Origin: a virus
IMG/VR virus record: IMGVR_UViG_3300032093_000049
Location: 36,017 to 100,016 of that record
DNA: 64,000 nt
Strand: one strand, 5' to 3'
Shown: piece by piece, positions 20,562 to 30,190 of the stretch
How the letters are laid out: every line of letters begins with the position of its first letter
Position numbering within the stretch: the first letter of the stretch is position 1
The notes under the pieces: model-generated
Told to the model about the DNA's origin: nothing
What the model saw: only the letters and a program-made list of their open reading frames with translations
The model's database searches: none
Program-made: the position numbers and the translations under genes

Positions 20562-20905
20562 GCATTTTCAATTATAGAATCAGCTAGTGTAATTGATGCT
20601 TCATCATTTGACATTAGCATCTTTCTTATGTTTATAATCTCGTCTTGTGTAAACTTGCCTTCCATAGAAAGCATCTTTAGTCTTAATAGTTTGTTATCTA
20701 GTTCTAGTTTCTTTACTCTTTCTTCAAGTAATACTACCGGACTTTTATAAGTATTTTCAACAACACTTCTTTTCCACTTATCAGGATCTATTGATGTAGT
20801 TGTTGATGTTATTGTTTGATGCTTATCTACTGGGTTACCCATACTACTCCAAGTTTCTAAAAACTTTTCAGGATCCCAATTCTCTGGTGTACTGTTTGAA
20901 TACAT
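20558..20905 (-). CDS. Hypothetical protein with ML-x-S-x-D helical motif (115 aa)
   Basis: Overlap-coupled ORF. Confidence 0.6.
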   Translation of the reverse strand: MYSNSTPENWDPEKFLETWSSMGNPVDKHQTITSTTTSIDPDKWKRSVVENTYKSPVVLLEERVKKLELDNKLLRLKMLSMEGKFTQDEIINIRKMLMSNDEASITLADSIIENA

Positions 20906-20906
20906 A

Positions 20907-21203
20907 TTAATTTAGATTATCAAGTTTCTCTTCTTCCTCCTCTGTCATTAGAGCTTTCCACTTACCTAGAGGACATTCAGTAGATAGAGCTCTTGTCTTA
21001 AATCCAAGTGAGCAACCGCATTCATTGCAACATGGAGCAGTACCTTTTACTACACACTTATTACCTTTACTGGGACATGCATCACAAACTTCTAGTCTTA
21101 CTCTGGATACTGCTTCTACATACTCATCTCTGAGTAAAGCATTAGTTATTCCCTCCAGAATCTGTTTTCGGTTCTTCCAAATGTCCTTCAGTTTGTTTGC
21201 CAT
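20907..21203 (-). CDS. Small Zn-binding protein (98 aa)
   Basis: RLEVCDACP, CNECGC, CPLGKW. Confidence 0.7.
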   Translation of the reverse strand: MANKLKDIWKNRKQILEGITNALLRDEYVEAVSRVRLEVCDACPSKGNKCVVKGTAPCCNECGCSLGFKTRALSTECPLGKWKALMTEEEEEKLDNLN

Positions 21204-21558
21204 ATCTTAAGTCTTTAAATTTTTTCTTAACCTCCATAAACTCTTTTATTTTTTCATTGATTGCGTAGAGTTTATCTAAACGTGCTTCAATAAGTTTTCT
21301 ATTATGATAATTTGAAAATGTTGCATCTCCCATTCCAGATCTCATGGACTCATATTTCTTTATAGTCTTTGCTACACCTGTGTTGCGTATTAAAAAATGC
21401 CCAAGTCCAGGATTACTAAATTTGAGATCTTCAAGATTTGATAACTTCTTTCTTAGCGTCTTATAGTAGAATGTAATCACGTCATCTACCATACTTTGAG
21501 GAACATCAAGTTCTTCTGCTACTTGCTTAATTATTTCCTTGGGTTTCTTGGGTATCAT
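21142..21558 (-). CDS. HU/IHF-like DNA-binding protein (138 aa)
   Basis: EIIKQVAEELDVPQSMVDDVI...PGLGHF matches the HU N-terminal pattern. Confidence 0.7.
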   Translation of the reverse strand: MIPKKPKEIIKQVAEELDVPQSMVDDVITFYYKTLRKKLSNLEDLKFSNPGLGHFLIRNTGVAKTIKKYESMRSGMGDATFSNYHNRKLIEARLDKLYAINEKIKEFMEVKKKFKDLRYGKQTEGHLEEPKTDSGGNN

Positions 21559-21916
21559 ATCCTAAGAATTTAAAATCAAGAAGTAAAGTTCCCTCAGTTT
21601 GTATTTTTAAATCTGGGTTGAGACTAATAAGTTTTTTATTCTTCTTGTCTTTAAGAACTAACTTATTTTTCTCAGCTTTATTAATACAGTTTCTTACTGT
21701 TTGTGGAGATTTAAAAATCCAAGATTCTTCTGAAGATGCATCATAACAAAAATCATTCAACCCAATAGGTTGATTAAAGCTAAGTAATGTTAGACAGTTT
21801 AAGTCAGATTCACTCACTGCTATACGATTAATATAACAGTGAGTTAGTATCTGAAACTTTACAGCATCCCATTTACTCATTTTTACACGTTTCTCTACTT
21901 GAGTAACAAGTGCCAT
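21527..21916 (-). CDS. Putative winged-helix DNA-binding protein (129 aa)
   Basis: SPQTVRNCINKAEKNKLV helix followed by a wing-like hairpin. Confidence 0.55.
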   Translation of the reverse strand: MALVTQVEKRVKMSKWDAVKFQILTHCYINRIAVSESDLNCLTLLSFNQPIGLNDFCYDASSEESWIFKSPQTVRNCINKAEKNKLVLKDKKNKKLISLNPDLKIQTEGTLLLDFKFLGYDTQETQGNN

Positions 21917-21918
21917 GA

Positions 21919-22230
21919 TTATGATTTCTTAAGTTTTCTTTTACTTGAATCTTCAGTTTGTTGCATTACAGTTCTAAACTCTTCACCAGTATTTTGATCT
22001 GGTTCATCATTTTCCTCTTCTTCAGGACCTGGTCCCTGCATCATCATTGCAAACTGCATTTGAATACTTGTTCTTTTGAATCTTACTTCATCTAGTTTCA
22101 TAAGCATTTCTTCATACTTAAACTGTGCTTCTAGATAAGGTAGTGAGTCTGTGTAGAACTTAAGCATTTCCTCTTTTCTAGTTGCTAGTTCTTCTGGACT
22201 AAGATCCATTTCTTGTTGTTGGTTTTGCAT
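21919..22230 (-). CDS. Hypothetical coiled-coil protein (likely start MQNQQ at 22230)
   Basis: The upstream extension in the ORF track crosses a terminator and a promoter-like box. Confidence 0.6.
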   Translation of the reverse strand: MQNQQQEMDLSPEELATRKEEMLKFYTDSLPYLEAQFKYEEMLMKLDEVRFKRTSIQMQFAMMMQGPGPEEEENDEPDQNTGEEFRTVMQQTEDSSKRKLKKS

Positions 22231-22253
22231 ACTACTGTATTTTAAGTTTATAA

Positions 22254-22261
22254 CAAATATA
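22254..22261 (-). promoter_or_regulatory. Bacteroidota-type -7 promoter box TATATTTG
   Basis: Matches TAnnTTTG; lies just downstream of a terminator and upstream of a start codon. Confidence 0.5.
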
Positions 22262-22294
22262 CAAATAAAGTTTAAACTTGAAATATTTAGAAAC

Positions 22295-22323
22295 AAAAAA
22301 CCCAGGTACAGTATACCTGGGTT
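22295..22323 (-). terminator. Intrinsic terminator after the lysis cassette
   Basis: aacccaggta/tacctgggtt perfect stem plus T tract. Confidence 0.75.
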
Positions 22324-22341
22324 GATCAAGCTGTTTTTAAA

Positions 22342-22527
22342 TTATAGACATCCTTTGTAAGTACACTTACCAGGATTAGCTATCCTTCTTTTTTTAGGTA
22401 ACTTTTTTCTTTTTGGTCTTCCTGGCCATTCCATCATAGATGTATCTGCCTGAGATGACTGCATAAAATCTTCAGTATTTACCATAGCTCCTTGAGCATA
22501 CTTTTGCAAACCTTTAAAATTCTTCAT
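22342..22527 (-). CDS. Small basic protein (61 aa)
   Basis: KYAQG motif, basic C-terminus. Confidence 0.55.
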   Translation of the reverse strand: MKNFKGLQKYAQGAMVNTEDFMQSSQADTSMMEWPGRPKRKKLPKKRRIANPGKCTYKGCL

Positions 22528-22529
22528 GA

Positions 22530-22688
22530 TTATCTGTTTTTAATGCTAAAGTTTAATAGAGTCAACATATAGAACTCTCTAGATACATCTATATCAATAG
22601 ATACAAAATCAATCCTTCCAATTCTAATTCTTATTTGGAACTTATCCCACTGCTTATTCTTTACTTTCCAGTTATTTCTAAGTTTCAT
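22530..22688 (-). CDS. 52-aa protein (not in ORF track)
   Basis: MKLRNNWKVKNKQWDKFQIRIRIGRIDFVSIDIDVSREFYMLTLLNFSIKNR fills the gap exactly. Confidence 0.65.
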   Translation of the reverse strand: MKLRNNWKVKNKQWDKFQIRIRIGRIDFVSIDIDVSREFYMLTLLNFSIKNR

Positions 22689-22690
22689 AA

Positions 22691-23206
22691 TCAAGCTTCA
22701 TTAGTTGTTATTGTTCCTTTTGCTTCAAGGAATACCTTTCTCACATTTGCCGGTTGAGCTACTTTCCATTTTGTTCTACGTGCTTTAAACAATCTAGATT
22801 TAGCTATCCGTGCAACATTAACTGAATTGTTCTGGTTTCCACCTAGAACATGATAGTATTTAGGATCTTCTCCTACATATATACCTACATGACCTCCACC
22901 ATCTCTTTTGAATGTAAGGATATCACCAAGCATAGGTTCATCTACTGCAGTTCCATATTCTGCCCAAGACAAAGCACGGAGAGGAGCTTTAACAACCTCA
23001 AGACCTGATGCCTTTGCACAATAAGCAATATAAAGACCACACCAAGGTATCTCATCATTAGTGTACCAAGATACACCAACAACATCTGCCCAACGCATAA
23101 TCTCAGGATTGTGTTCTTTTCCTACAATCTCTTTTACTCCAATATGCTTTACAGCTTCTACTAAAATCTTTGGAGCCTTCTCTGCTTTTAACCATTCATA
23201 ACCCAT
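22691..23206 (-). CDS. Endolysin, TIGR02594/NlpC-P60-CHAP-like peptidase (171 aa)
   Basis: DEIPWCG catalytic Cys, GGHVG His, VLGGNQ. Confidence 0.85.
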   Translation of the reverse strand: MGYEWLKAEKAPKILVEAVKHIGVKEIVGKEHNPEIMRWADVVGVSWYTNDEIPWCGLYIAYCAKASGLEVVKAPLRALSWAEYGTAVDEPMLGDILTFKRDGGGHVGIYVGEDPKYYHVLGGNQNNSVNVARIAKSRLFKARRTKWKVAQPANVRKVFLEAKGTITTNEA

Positions 23207-23729
23207 AATGCTTCAATATGCTTCTTAGTAATATTAGTATTGCAAATATAAACCCGGCTAGTACTACCCAAGCCCAAGGTTGTCTATTTTCTACACGTGT
23301 AATAACTCTATCAGTTCTATTGTCTTGTCTGTTAGTCTTGATAAGAGCCCTGAGTTGTTTAGCTAGTGAATCATTCTGTAGCTTCATCATCTTCTCTAGA
23401 TGCTTGTAGTAAGATTCTAATGCTATTCTTTCTTGACGTGACATTCCAGGAGCTATAGTATTATTTATAGTTTGGAAGCTGCTATCTTTCTTGAGTATCT
23501 CCCTGTAAGTATTGGTTACTGTATCATACACAACTTCTTTTGTGTAATGATACTGCCATACTGTGTCAGGTTTAATTACTGCTCCCTTGCGTATTGCAAT
23601 GTCAGTATGTTTTCTTGCTTTAGCTAAGTGATGCTCTACTGAGCAGGAATTAAGAAGAGCAATTAAGATAGTTACTCCCAGTGCCCAGGTTATTAATAGC
23701 AATATAAATTGTGGCCAGTTAAACTTCAT
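23196..23729 (-). CDS. Putative unimolecular spanin (177 aa)
   Basis: Signal peptide with lipobox LLNSC plus C-terminal TM helix; lies between holin and endolysin. Confidence 0.65.
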   Translation of the reverse strand: MKFNWPQFILLLITWALGVTILIALLNSCSVEHHLAKARKHTDIAIRKGAVIKPDTVWQYHYTKEVVYDTVTNTYREILKKDSSFQTINNTIAPGMSRQERIALESYYKHLEKMMKLQNDSLAKQLRALIKTNRQDNRTDRVITRVENRQPWAWVVLAGFIFAILILLRSILKHYGL

Positions 23730-24163
23730 GGTTGCATGTCATCCTTTACTTTCTTGATATTCCTTAGATTGTTATAAAGTTTAGCAATGAAAGAATAACC
23801 TTTTACTTTCTCAAAAGACTCATCCATTGACTTAACTTCAATAACAATCAGGCCTAAAGATACAAGTTTTGTTGATACAAAGTCAATATCTATAAAAAGC
23901 TTAGTAAGTTCATTTACTATATAGAAGTCAGCTACAAATAAAAGAAGTACAATTCCTACATATGATCTTATCTTTGGTATCAAACCTTTACGGCACTTTT
24001 TGGAATCACAGTGTTCCCCTAGTGACTTAGCTTTCCATATACCAAAACAAGTATCTACAAGAGTAGCCAAACCTACTAAAAAAACCATAACATAGATGGG
24101 TGCAAAGAATACTATTATTGGTAAGATTAGTGAGCTGTATACTTTAATAAGAGTTGCTTTCAT
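23726..24163 (-). CDS. Holin (145 aa)
   Basis: Three hydrophobic segments; VDTCFGIWKA and EVKSMDES motifs typical of Phage_holin_4_1-like proteins. Confidence 0.8.
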   Translation of the reverse strand: MKATLIKVYSSLILPIIVFFAPIYVMVFLVGLATLVDTCFGIWKAKSLGEHCDSKKCRKGLIPKIRSYVGIVLLLFVADFYIVNELTKLFIDIDFVSTKLVSLGLIVIEVKSMDESFEKVKGYSFIAKLYNNLRNIKKVKDDMQP

Positions 24164-24217
24164 TTCTATTAATTATAAAAAATAAGTATATATACTTAAT
24201 ATACAAAAAAAAGCTGA

Positions 24218-25999
24218 TTAATCTATTCTTTTATATCTTAAAATTGAACCCTTCCAAGTTCTTGACGTTCGTCCTGCTGCTGCTGCTGCATTAGAGAAAC
24301 GGTAGTTGAGAGTAGCATTTGCTGATGCTGTGAAATTAAACCAAATCTGTAAAAATTGCAATTGGTCTAAATCAGCTAAATTAACACCCACAAATGGAGT
24401 ATTTGTGACCGCTGAGCTATTAGCTGTAAAAGAACCGTTAGTAATAGTACCTGCCGAAGAATAAGCATAAATAGTACCTTGCCCTTTCATATTTCCTGAA
24501 GTAACTCGTAATTCAAAGGCATAGTCTCCTGTAGTGTTATTCCCTGAGTAACATACATCCATTTGTAACATATAATGACCACCTGCCACAACGGAAAATT
24601 GCAAGTCTGTATCTATTTGTGGAGTTGCATTATTTGTCACATCTTGGTTTGCACTCTTTACTATTGTAGTCCATCCTGCAGGATCTGGTGCTGTTACTGT
24701 AAATGTTCTATTAGCAGATAGATCTTGTGTGGTACCATTAATAGTTAAGGTTCTGGTAAGAGGTACATATGTAGAAGCTGCTGTAGCAGAAGTAAGATAT
24801 GGTGATAAAGCTGCAGATGTAATATACCCAGCTGGGTTAGTAGAGTTATATGGAGTAAATCCAAGTGCAGTAGTTACATCTAGAGATGTGATGCCTGTGA
24901 TATATCCTGCAGGGTTTGTTGCATTATAAGGTGTATATCCTAGAGCTGTGGTAACATCTAGAGAAGTTATTCCTGATATATATCCTGATGGGTTTGTAAG
25001 AGGGTAATAGGTTGCCGCAGCTGTTGCTGAAGTTAGATATGATCCTAAACTTGCTACTGTAGCTATGACAGATGTATCTACTGAAAGTACATTAGGAGTA
25101 AGCTCTTGTAATCCAAAACCAGCAGTAACAACTTGGGCTGCATTAAACTGAACATAGTTTATAGCAGTAACTCCTACAGTAATTGTACCTGTGGTATTCA
25201 AGATAAATCCAAAACCACCATAAGTTGCACCTACTTGAATAAAAGTAAAGTCTCCGTTCTGAAGTTCTCCTGCGGGTGAGTTATCTGCATCTGTTGCTCT
25301 AGTTAGTATCCATGGTGTAGTAGGAGATCCTGCATCAGTAACACTATATATACCATTCTCAAGCCCCGCAGACTGTTGCCACACAAGCACTCTATCATTA
25401 ACTGCTAAAGTATGTGTATCAATAACTAGTGCTGCATTTACTGTAGAAGTAAGTGTAGCACCTACTCCTGACACACCATTAAGATATGTAGCAGATAAGT
25501 TACCTGTTGTAGCTACGTGACATGGTGCATGGAAATTAATACCACCTGAAAGGTTATCTACATACTGCTTAGTAGCTGCGTGTAGGGCTGATGTTGGGTC
25601 TGCATTTAGAGTTAGGAAACCTAACATAGTATCTCCCGCTTTATTTACAGGGGTATAACCTAGTGCTGTTGTAACATCAAGTGATGTAATACCTGATATA
25701 TAACCGGCCGGGTTAGCTGCTGAATAAGGTGTGTATCCTAATGCTGTTGTTATTTGAGTACTTGTGATACCCGTTAAGTATCCTGCTGGGTTAGATGATA
25801 ATGGATAATAAGATAAGTTATAAGTAGGTAAACCATTAGGCCAGTTAACTCCTGGATTAGGATAGAAACCTGTTAGATCTCCACCTGCGGGGCCTGTAGG
25901 AGAACCACCTCCACTAGTAGTTTTAGGTTTACCATCAGGACCTATTACTTGTATAGGAAGTCTACCAAATACATTACCGTTACCATCTACTACTTCCAT
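24218..25999 (-). CDS. Tail fibre protein with internal repeats (593 aa)
   Basis: AATKQYVD, DRVLV..Q....ENGIY and LTRATDAD fibre motifs; repeated GITSLDVTTALGYTPY..NP. Confidence 0.8.
   Translation of the reverse strand: MEVVDGNGNVFGRLPIQVIGPDGKPKTTSGGGSPTGPAGGDLTGFYPNPGVNWPNGLPTYNLSYYPLSSNPAGYLTGITSTQITTALGYTPYSAANPAGYISGITSLDVTTALGYTPVNKAGDTMLGFLTLNADPTSALHAATKQYVDNLSGGINFHAPCHVATTGNLSATYLNGVSGVGATLTSTVNAALVIDTHTLAVNDRVLVWQQSAGLENGIYSVTDAGSPTTPWILTRATDADNSPAGELQNGDFTFIQVGATYGGFGFILNTTGTITVGVTAINYVQFNAAQVVTAGFGLQELTPNVLSVDTSVIATVASLGSYLTSATAAATYYPLTNPSGYISGITSLDVTTALGYTPYNATNPAGYITGITSLDVTTALGFTPYNSTNPAGYITSAALSPYLTSATAASTYVPLTRTLTINGTTQDLSANRTFTVTAPDPAGWTTIVKSANQDVTNNATPQIDTDLQFSVVAGGHYMLQMDVCYSGNNTTGDYAFELRVTSGNMKGQGTIYAYSSAGTITNGSFTANSSAVTNTPFVGVNLADLDQLQFLQIWFNFTASANATLNYRFSNAAAAAGRTSRTWKGSILRYKRID
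24820..25015 (-). repeat. Tandem ~78-bp coding repeats in the tail fibre (further copies at ~25650-25810)
   Basis: NP(S/A)GYI(S/T)GITSLDVTTALG(Y/F)TPY repeats. Confidence 0.8.
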
Positions 26000-26298
26000 T
26001 ACTCAACAGTAAAATAAGCTGTATAGTTAGTTCCCGGGATTGAAGATGTGAGAATTAGTTTATCTCCCTCTTCAAGAAAATAACCAGTTTGATCAATAAC
26101 ACTATCTCCTGCATTGAGTGTATAGCTAAAGATTGTAACTGTGTTGTTTAGTGATTTATCAAATCTTGATAGAGTCAATACATAGGCTGCCGGGTTTGTT
26201 GCTGTAATAGTTACAAACCTAGCTTTCTTTGTAGAAGGTACAGTATATAGAGTAGTACCTGTTACACTTACTATGCCTTGTATCGGTATATTAACCAT
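25999..26298 (-). CDS. Small beta-sandwich tail-associated protein (99 aa)
   Basis: TTLYTVP...FLEEGDKL pattern. Confidence 0.6.
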   Translation of the reverse strand: MVNIPIQGIVSVTGTTLYTVPSTKKARFVTITATNPAAYVLTLSRFDKSLNNTVTIFSYTLNAGDSVIDQTGYFLEEGDKLILTSSIPGTNYTAYFTVE

Positions 26299-26308
26299 AT
26301 CAGAAGTA

Positions 26309-26854
26309 TTACTTTATTTTTTCAAGAATAAATGTCCAAGAACCTATTTTATTTGTACCCAGTGCAGACCCAAAACTAGCAGCTAAAGCAAATGTATAAG
26401 GAACTGTTACATCAATTATTACTGCAGAAGAATATGCACTTGTTGTATTTGGTACTACAGGAACGGCATTATCTCCACATGTAAATAAAACTGAAGTAAG
26501 AACAGAACCCGAATTAGTTATAGTAAATTCACCTTCAATTTTAAAATAGCCATTGTTAAGAGGAGGCATTGAATACTGTAAAGTTGTAGGGCCCGTTAAA
26601 GAAACTGGGATGAAATTATCTAAACCAATTGCAAATTTTACTACTTCACCGGATACATTATCATTGTCAAGTATACCTCCCATAGAATATCTATATGTGG
26701 TGCCTTCTACTAGAGTATTAGCAGGAATTACCAAAGATCCTATTCCTGATGCTATTAAGGATATAGGACTGTTTCCAGTAATTACTGCAGAACCTGTGGT
26801 TTGTAGATATACAACATTGGATTTTGCTTCACTAATAGTTATTTGTGTACTCAT
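26309..26854 (-). CDS. Putative tail fibre/receptor-binding domain protein (181 aa)
   Basis: IPANTL..G..YR pattern, beta-rich. Confidence 0.55.
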   Translation of the reverse strand: MSTQITISEAKSNVVYLQTTGSAVITGNSPISLIASGIGSLVIPANTLVEGTTYRYSMGGILDNDNVSGEVVKFAIGLDNFIPVSLTGPTTLQYSMPPLNNGYFKIEGEFTITNSGSVLTSVLFTCGDNAVPVVPNTTSAYSSAVIIDVTVPYTFALAASFGSALGTNKIGSWTFILEKIK

Positions 26855-26865
26855 TATCTTTAGTT

Positions 26866-28116
26866 TTATCTACTTATTTCTTCCCAGTCTGCTGATGCAT
26901 ACATACCTAATGTACCTCCTATAGCATCTATTGCTGCTTCTACAATAAGTTCTGTTGCTACACCGGTAAAACTATTTCTTTCAAGCTGAGTTGAGAACAA
27001 AGCTTCTTTCAATATATTGATACTTGGAGAACCTTGGTTAGATGAATTTACATACCCTTGTGCAAGTATTCTTCCGCCAGCAACTGATGTGCCTGTAAGA
27101 TTGTATTCTACTGCCGAATCAGCACCAACTGGTACCCAAGCACCTCCTGTGACTGTTCCACCTTGAACTATTCTCCAAGCATAGTTTTTACCATTACCTA
27201 ATCCAAGTATAGATATAGCAGTTAATATAACTATAGCATCTAGTTTGGTTGCTGTAAGTTTTACACCTACAAGGGGATAATATGTTGCAGGAGCTGCAAA
27301 AGATATAGGTGCGTTTATAGGAGTACCAATAGCTTGTTGTGCTCCTCTTAATTCATATCCACCTTCAGATATTACAGTAGAACAAACTTGTTTTAAAGTA
27401 CTTGCAGTTGCTGTTCCTGTATTAGTTATCTCATACCTTAGCGGTAATGAAGCCGTGGTAATATAAGTAGATGGAATTAAGTTAGCATGATTAAATCTAT
27501 GACATACTATAAAATTACCATCTATTACAAACCCTAATCTTACTGTTCCTTCCCCTAACCACTCAATATCCATAAACATGATTTGAGCCTTGGTTATGTC
27601 TAAGATTACTCCTGAAGCTCCGTTACCATCTAATGTATCTGCATTCCAAGCAGCTTGATCAACAATAGTCTCAGTTACCAAACCTGTAACTGAACTTCTT
27701 TCTACAAAACTTAAAGTGCTGTCTTTTAACTGAATGTAGATACCATTCTCTGTTCCAAAATAACCTACTTTTTGTACTAAATCGTTTTGTGCAGGAGCCA
27801 TTACAAATGTATTGAATACAAGTAGTGACTTACCAGGTTGATAAGAGAATACTTTTGTAGTTTCTCTTAGTACTTCAGATCCATTTGTACCAGTTACATT
27901 TAAGTTTACTAATCCCTCATTTGCACTAAATACAGCAGTTCCACCATTAGCAGTATCAGTATTCCATAGACCATTATCCCTGTATCTATGAGATGAATCA
28001 AACAGTGTAAGTGGATTAGATACTCTCAATCTTCCAAATGCATCTGCTAGCATAGGAAGATTAGTAAGAATATTACCACTATTTGATGAACCAGAAGTAG
28101 ATATTATAGTACCCAT
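26866..28116 (-). CDS. Putative virion protein (416 aa)
   Basis: DAFGRLRVSNP and YQPGKS motifs recalled from phage structural proteins. Confidence 0.65.
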   Translation of the reverse strand: MGTIISTSGSSNSGNILTNLPMLADAFGRLRVSNPLTLFDSSHRYRDNGLWNTDTANGGTAVFSANEGLVNLNVTGTNGSEVLRETTKVFSYQPGKSLLVFNTFVMAPAQNDLVQKVGYFGTENGIYIQLKDSTLSFVERSSVTGLVTETIVDQAAWNADTLDGNGASGVILDITKAQIMFMDIEWLGEGTVRLGFVIDGNFIVCHRFNHANLIPSTYITTASLPLRYEITNTGTATASTLKQVCSTVISEGGYELRGAQQAIGTPINAPISFAAPATYYPLVGVKLTATKLDAIVILTAISILGLGNGKNYAWRIVQGGTVTGGAWVPVGADSAVEYNLTGTSVAGGRILAQGYVNSSNQGSPSINILKEALFSTQLERNSFTGVATELIVEAAIDAIGGTLGMYASADWEEISR

Positions 28117-28469
28117 TACGCAGTGATCCAGGTAATTAGTAATTCTGTACCAGTTCCATTTGCTATAATATCTCCAGTTCCAAAATAGTTATTTATACCA
28201 TTAGCATCATAATTAACTATTTCACCTGGTTTTATTGTAACTCCAAGTACAGTACCATTTGCAGCTCCTACATTAGCTACAGAAAAGCTAAATACATTTG
28301 CAGGATTTGTCCATGGTCCTGTGACTCTTTGTACTTTAGCAGCTCTTGAGCTTCCAATTATATTTCCAGTAAGAGCATCTACAATTGCTTGTAGACCACG
28401 TAACATTTTTAACTGCCAAGGAAAGTTATTACCCTTGTCACCTTCTGATTTTAAATTACCTATTGACAT
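28116..28469 (-). CDS. Putative virion protein (117 aa)
   Basis: Stop/start overlap; late-module context. Confidence 0.55.
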   Translation of the reverse strand: MSIGNLKSEGDKGNNFPWQLKMLRGLQAIVDALTGNIIGSSRAAKVQRVTGPWTNPANVFSFSVANVGAANGTVLGVTIKPGEIVNYDANGINNYFGTGDIIANGTGTELLITWITA

Positions 28470-28474
28470 GACTA

Positions 28475-28600
28475 TTAATTTTTAGGCATACTAGCCATTA
28501 TTATTTCGTATACTGTATTGGCTGTAGCATTATTATCATTTAGATATGCATACTTTGTAATTAAACTTGCAAGTAATGCTTCTGGTGTAAATGTATTCAT
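28475..28600 (-). CDS. 41-aa hypothetical protein (not in ORF track)
   Basis: MNTFTPEALLASLITKYAYLNDNNATANTVYEIIMASMPKN fills the intergenic gap. Confidence 0.5.
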   Translation of the reverse strand: MNTFTPEALLASLITKYAYLNDNNATANTVYEIIMASMPKN

Positions 28601-28611
28601 GACAGTATTTA

Positions 28612-29133
28612 TTAATTATAAATTCTTACTTCAATTATGCAAGGTACTATTGCTTGACCAAGAATATCATCATTATAAGTAGCAGTAAGCAAATCAAAAC
28701 TTTCTATGGTAATTACATTAAAAAAACTAATTCCATATCCAATTCTATACCCATTTCCACTTGGTACATCATAATCATACAATTGTGATATTGTTACAAA
28801 AGCTGATGTAGGAGATGTAAAGACCGGCTCACTAAATAACATAATGTATTGACCTGCAACAACACGTTGAAATGTTACATTAACACCTAATGAATTTTCT
28901 AACACAAATGGCGTAGGAGCATTTGTACCTGACTGTATCAAATGAGCTACATAACTTTTATAAGGTACACCTACTTGTGTTTGTAAATCTTCATACTTAA
29001 TAGCAGAAGGTTGGTATTTACCATCAAATCTATCATCCCTTACCCCAATAGCAATAAGATCTGAATTAGCCAGAGTTTTCTTGATCTTCCTTCCCCTTAT
29101 CAGGTTAAAGAAGTTAGTAAGATTATTTAACAT
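28612..29133 (-). CDS. Putative fibre/decoration protein (173 aa), N-terminus paralogous to 29247..30059
   Basis: IKKTL...DLIAIG...DGKY...AIKYEDL; YKSYVAHLIQSGTNAP. Confidence 0.6.
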   Translation of the reverse strand: MLNNLTNFFNLIRGRKIKKTLANSDLIAIGVRDDRFDGKYQPSAIKYEDLQTQVGVPYKSYVAHLIQSGTNAPTPFVLENSLGVNVTFQRVVAGQYIMLFSEPVFTSPTSAFVTISQLYDYDVPSGNGYRIGYGISFFNVITIESFDLLTATYNDDILGQAIVPCIIEVRIYN

Positions 29134-29136
29134 TAC

Positions 29137-29241
29137 TTATTTCTTTACAGTGTTTCTCTCACGTACTTTTTCACTCCATGTTGGAGTTGTTCTTACCACA
29201 ACAACTTGTGGCTGCTCCTCAACTTTCTTTTTCTTTGCCAT
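29137..29241 (-). CDS. 34-aa basic peptide (not in ORF track)
   Basis: MAKKKKVEEQPQVVVVRTTPTWSEKVRERNTVKK fills the gap. Confidence 0.5.
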   Translation of the reverse strand: MAKKKKVEEQPQVVVVRTTPTWSEKVRERNTVKK

Positions 29242-29246
29242 GACAA

Positions 29247-30059
29247 TTAGAAATTATATAGTTCGTAGTATAGATAGAATTTTCCAGTAAATATGTTTTC
29301 ATTGTCTACTGCAGTAACATTAAGTGTAACATCATCTGCAGGTGAAGCACCCCCAACGTAATTACCAGGAATATCTAATGTATCTGAAACAACATATTCT
29401 CTACCTGTATTTGCAACAATAATATTAGATATTGCTCCAGCACCATCACGTTCAAGTGTAACCACAGCTCCTGATCCAGGACCGGTAGTAGTAGTAGGCA
29501 AGTAAGTATAAATCTTATTTGCTTCAGCAAGTATAGTCGTAGATGTTCCAAGAGCTAATGAAGCTACTCCTCCTATTTCTACAGAACTTGCATTGAAGAT
29601 TTCAAGATTTAATCCAGGAAGTGCACCAACTGCAAGAACATACGGGATAAAAGTATCACCTAATTGATCTGGATTATAATATGGAGTTGCTTGATAGTAC
29701 ACTTTATCAAGATCTGAAAAATCCATATCTGGGTTATTAATGGTAAGTCCTACTGATGTTGCAAAGTTTGCAGCTGGGTCAATAGCATTAGTAAAATCCA
29801 TAGTGATCTCAATAACTCCTTTAGGTGTAGTTACGTTTACTGTACTAGTAGTATTAAGATCTACTGTATAATATCCCGTATTAGCTACATCACCTGCTAA
29901 AGACAGATCTTTAATAGGCATTGCATAAGTCTTGTACTTATCATCCCTTTTAAGGAAAGATACATCTGCACCAATTGCTACTAGATCTGTATTTGCATTA
30001 TTTGCTGTTTTCTTAATGAGACGCTCTTTACGTAAATAGAGCCAGTTTAAAATATCCAT
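29247..30059 (-). CDS. Putative fibre/decoration protein (270 aa) with a Gly-rich beta insert
   Basis: First gene after the promoter-like motif; GSGAVV...ANTGREY insert. Confidence 0.6.
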   Translation of the reverse strand: MDILNWLYLRKERLIKKTANNANTDLVAIGADVSFLKRDDKYKTYAMPIKDLSLAGDVANTGYYTVDLNTTSTVNVTTPKGVIEITMDFTNAIDPAANFATSVGLTINNPDMDFSDLDKVYYQATPYYNPDQLGDTFIPYVLAVGALPGLNLEIFNASSVEIGGVASLALGTSTTILAEANKIYTYLPTTTTGPGSGAVVTLERDGAGAISNIIVANTGREYVVSDTLDIPGNYVGGASPADDVTLNVTAVDNENIFTGKFYLYYELYNF

Positions 30060-30082
30060 GGTATATAAAAATTATGTTACAC

Positions 30083-30114
30083 TATAATATACTGAAAACT
30101 TTTTAAATAACAAA
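30083..30114 (-). promoter_or_regulatory. Putative late promoter (TTTG-N19-TATATTATA)
   Basis: Directly follows a terminator; same motif as 2049 and 6566. Confidence 0.55.
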
Positions 30115-30140
30115 ATCCCCAAGAAAATTCCTGGGGACTT
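30111..30140 (-). terminator. Intrinsic terminator
   Basis: tccccaagaa/ttcctgggga stem plus T tract. Confidence 0.65.
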
Positions 30141-30190
30141 TACCTAAATTAACTACTATTCACTGAAAAAGAGATACTAATATATAAATA

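Noticed and set aside
24218-30059. Diversity-generating retroelement or invertible tail-fibre switch
   Set aside because: No reverse transcriptase, recombinase or adenine-specific TR/VR pair noticed; the repeats are in-frame coding repeats.
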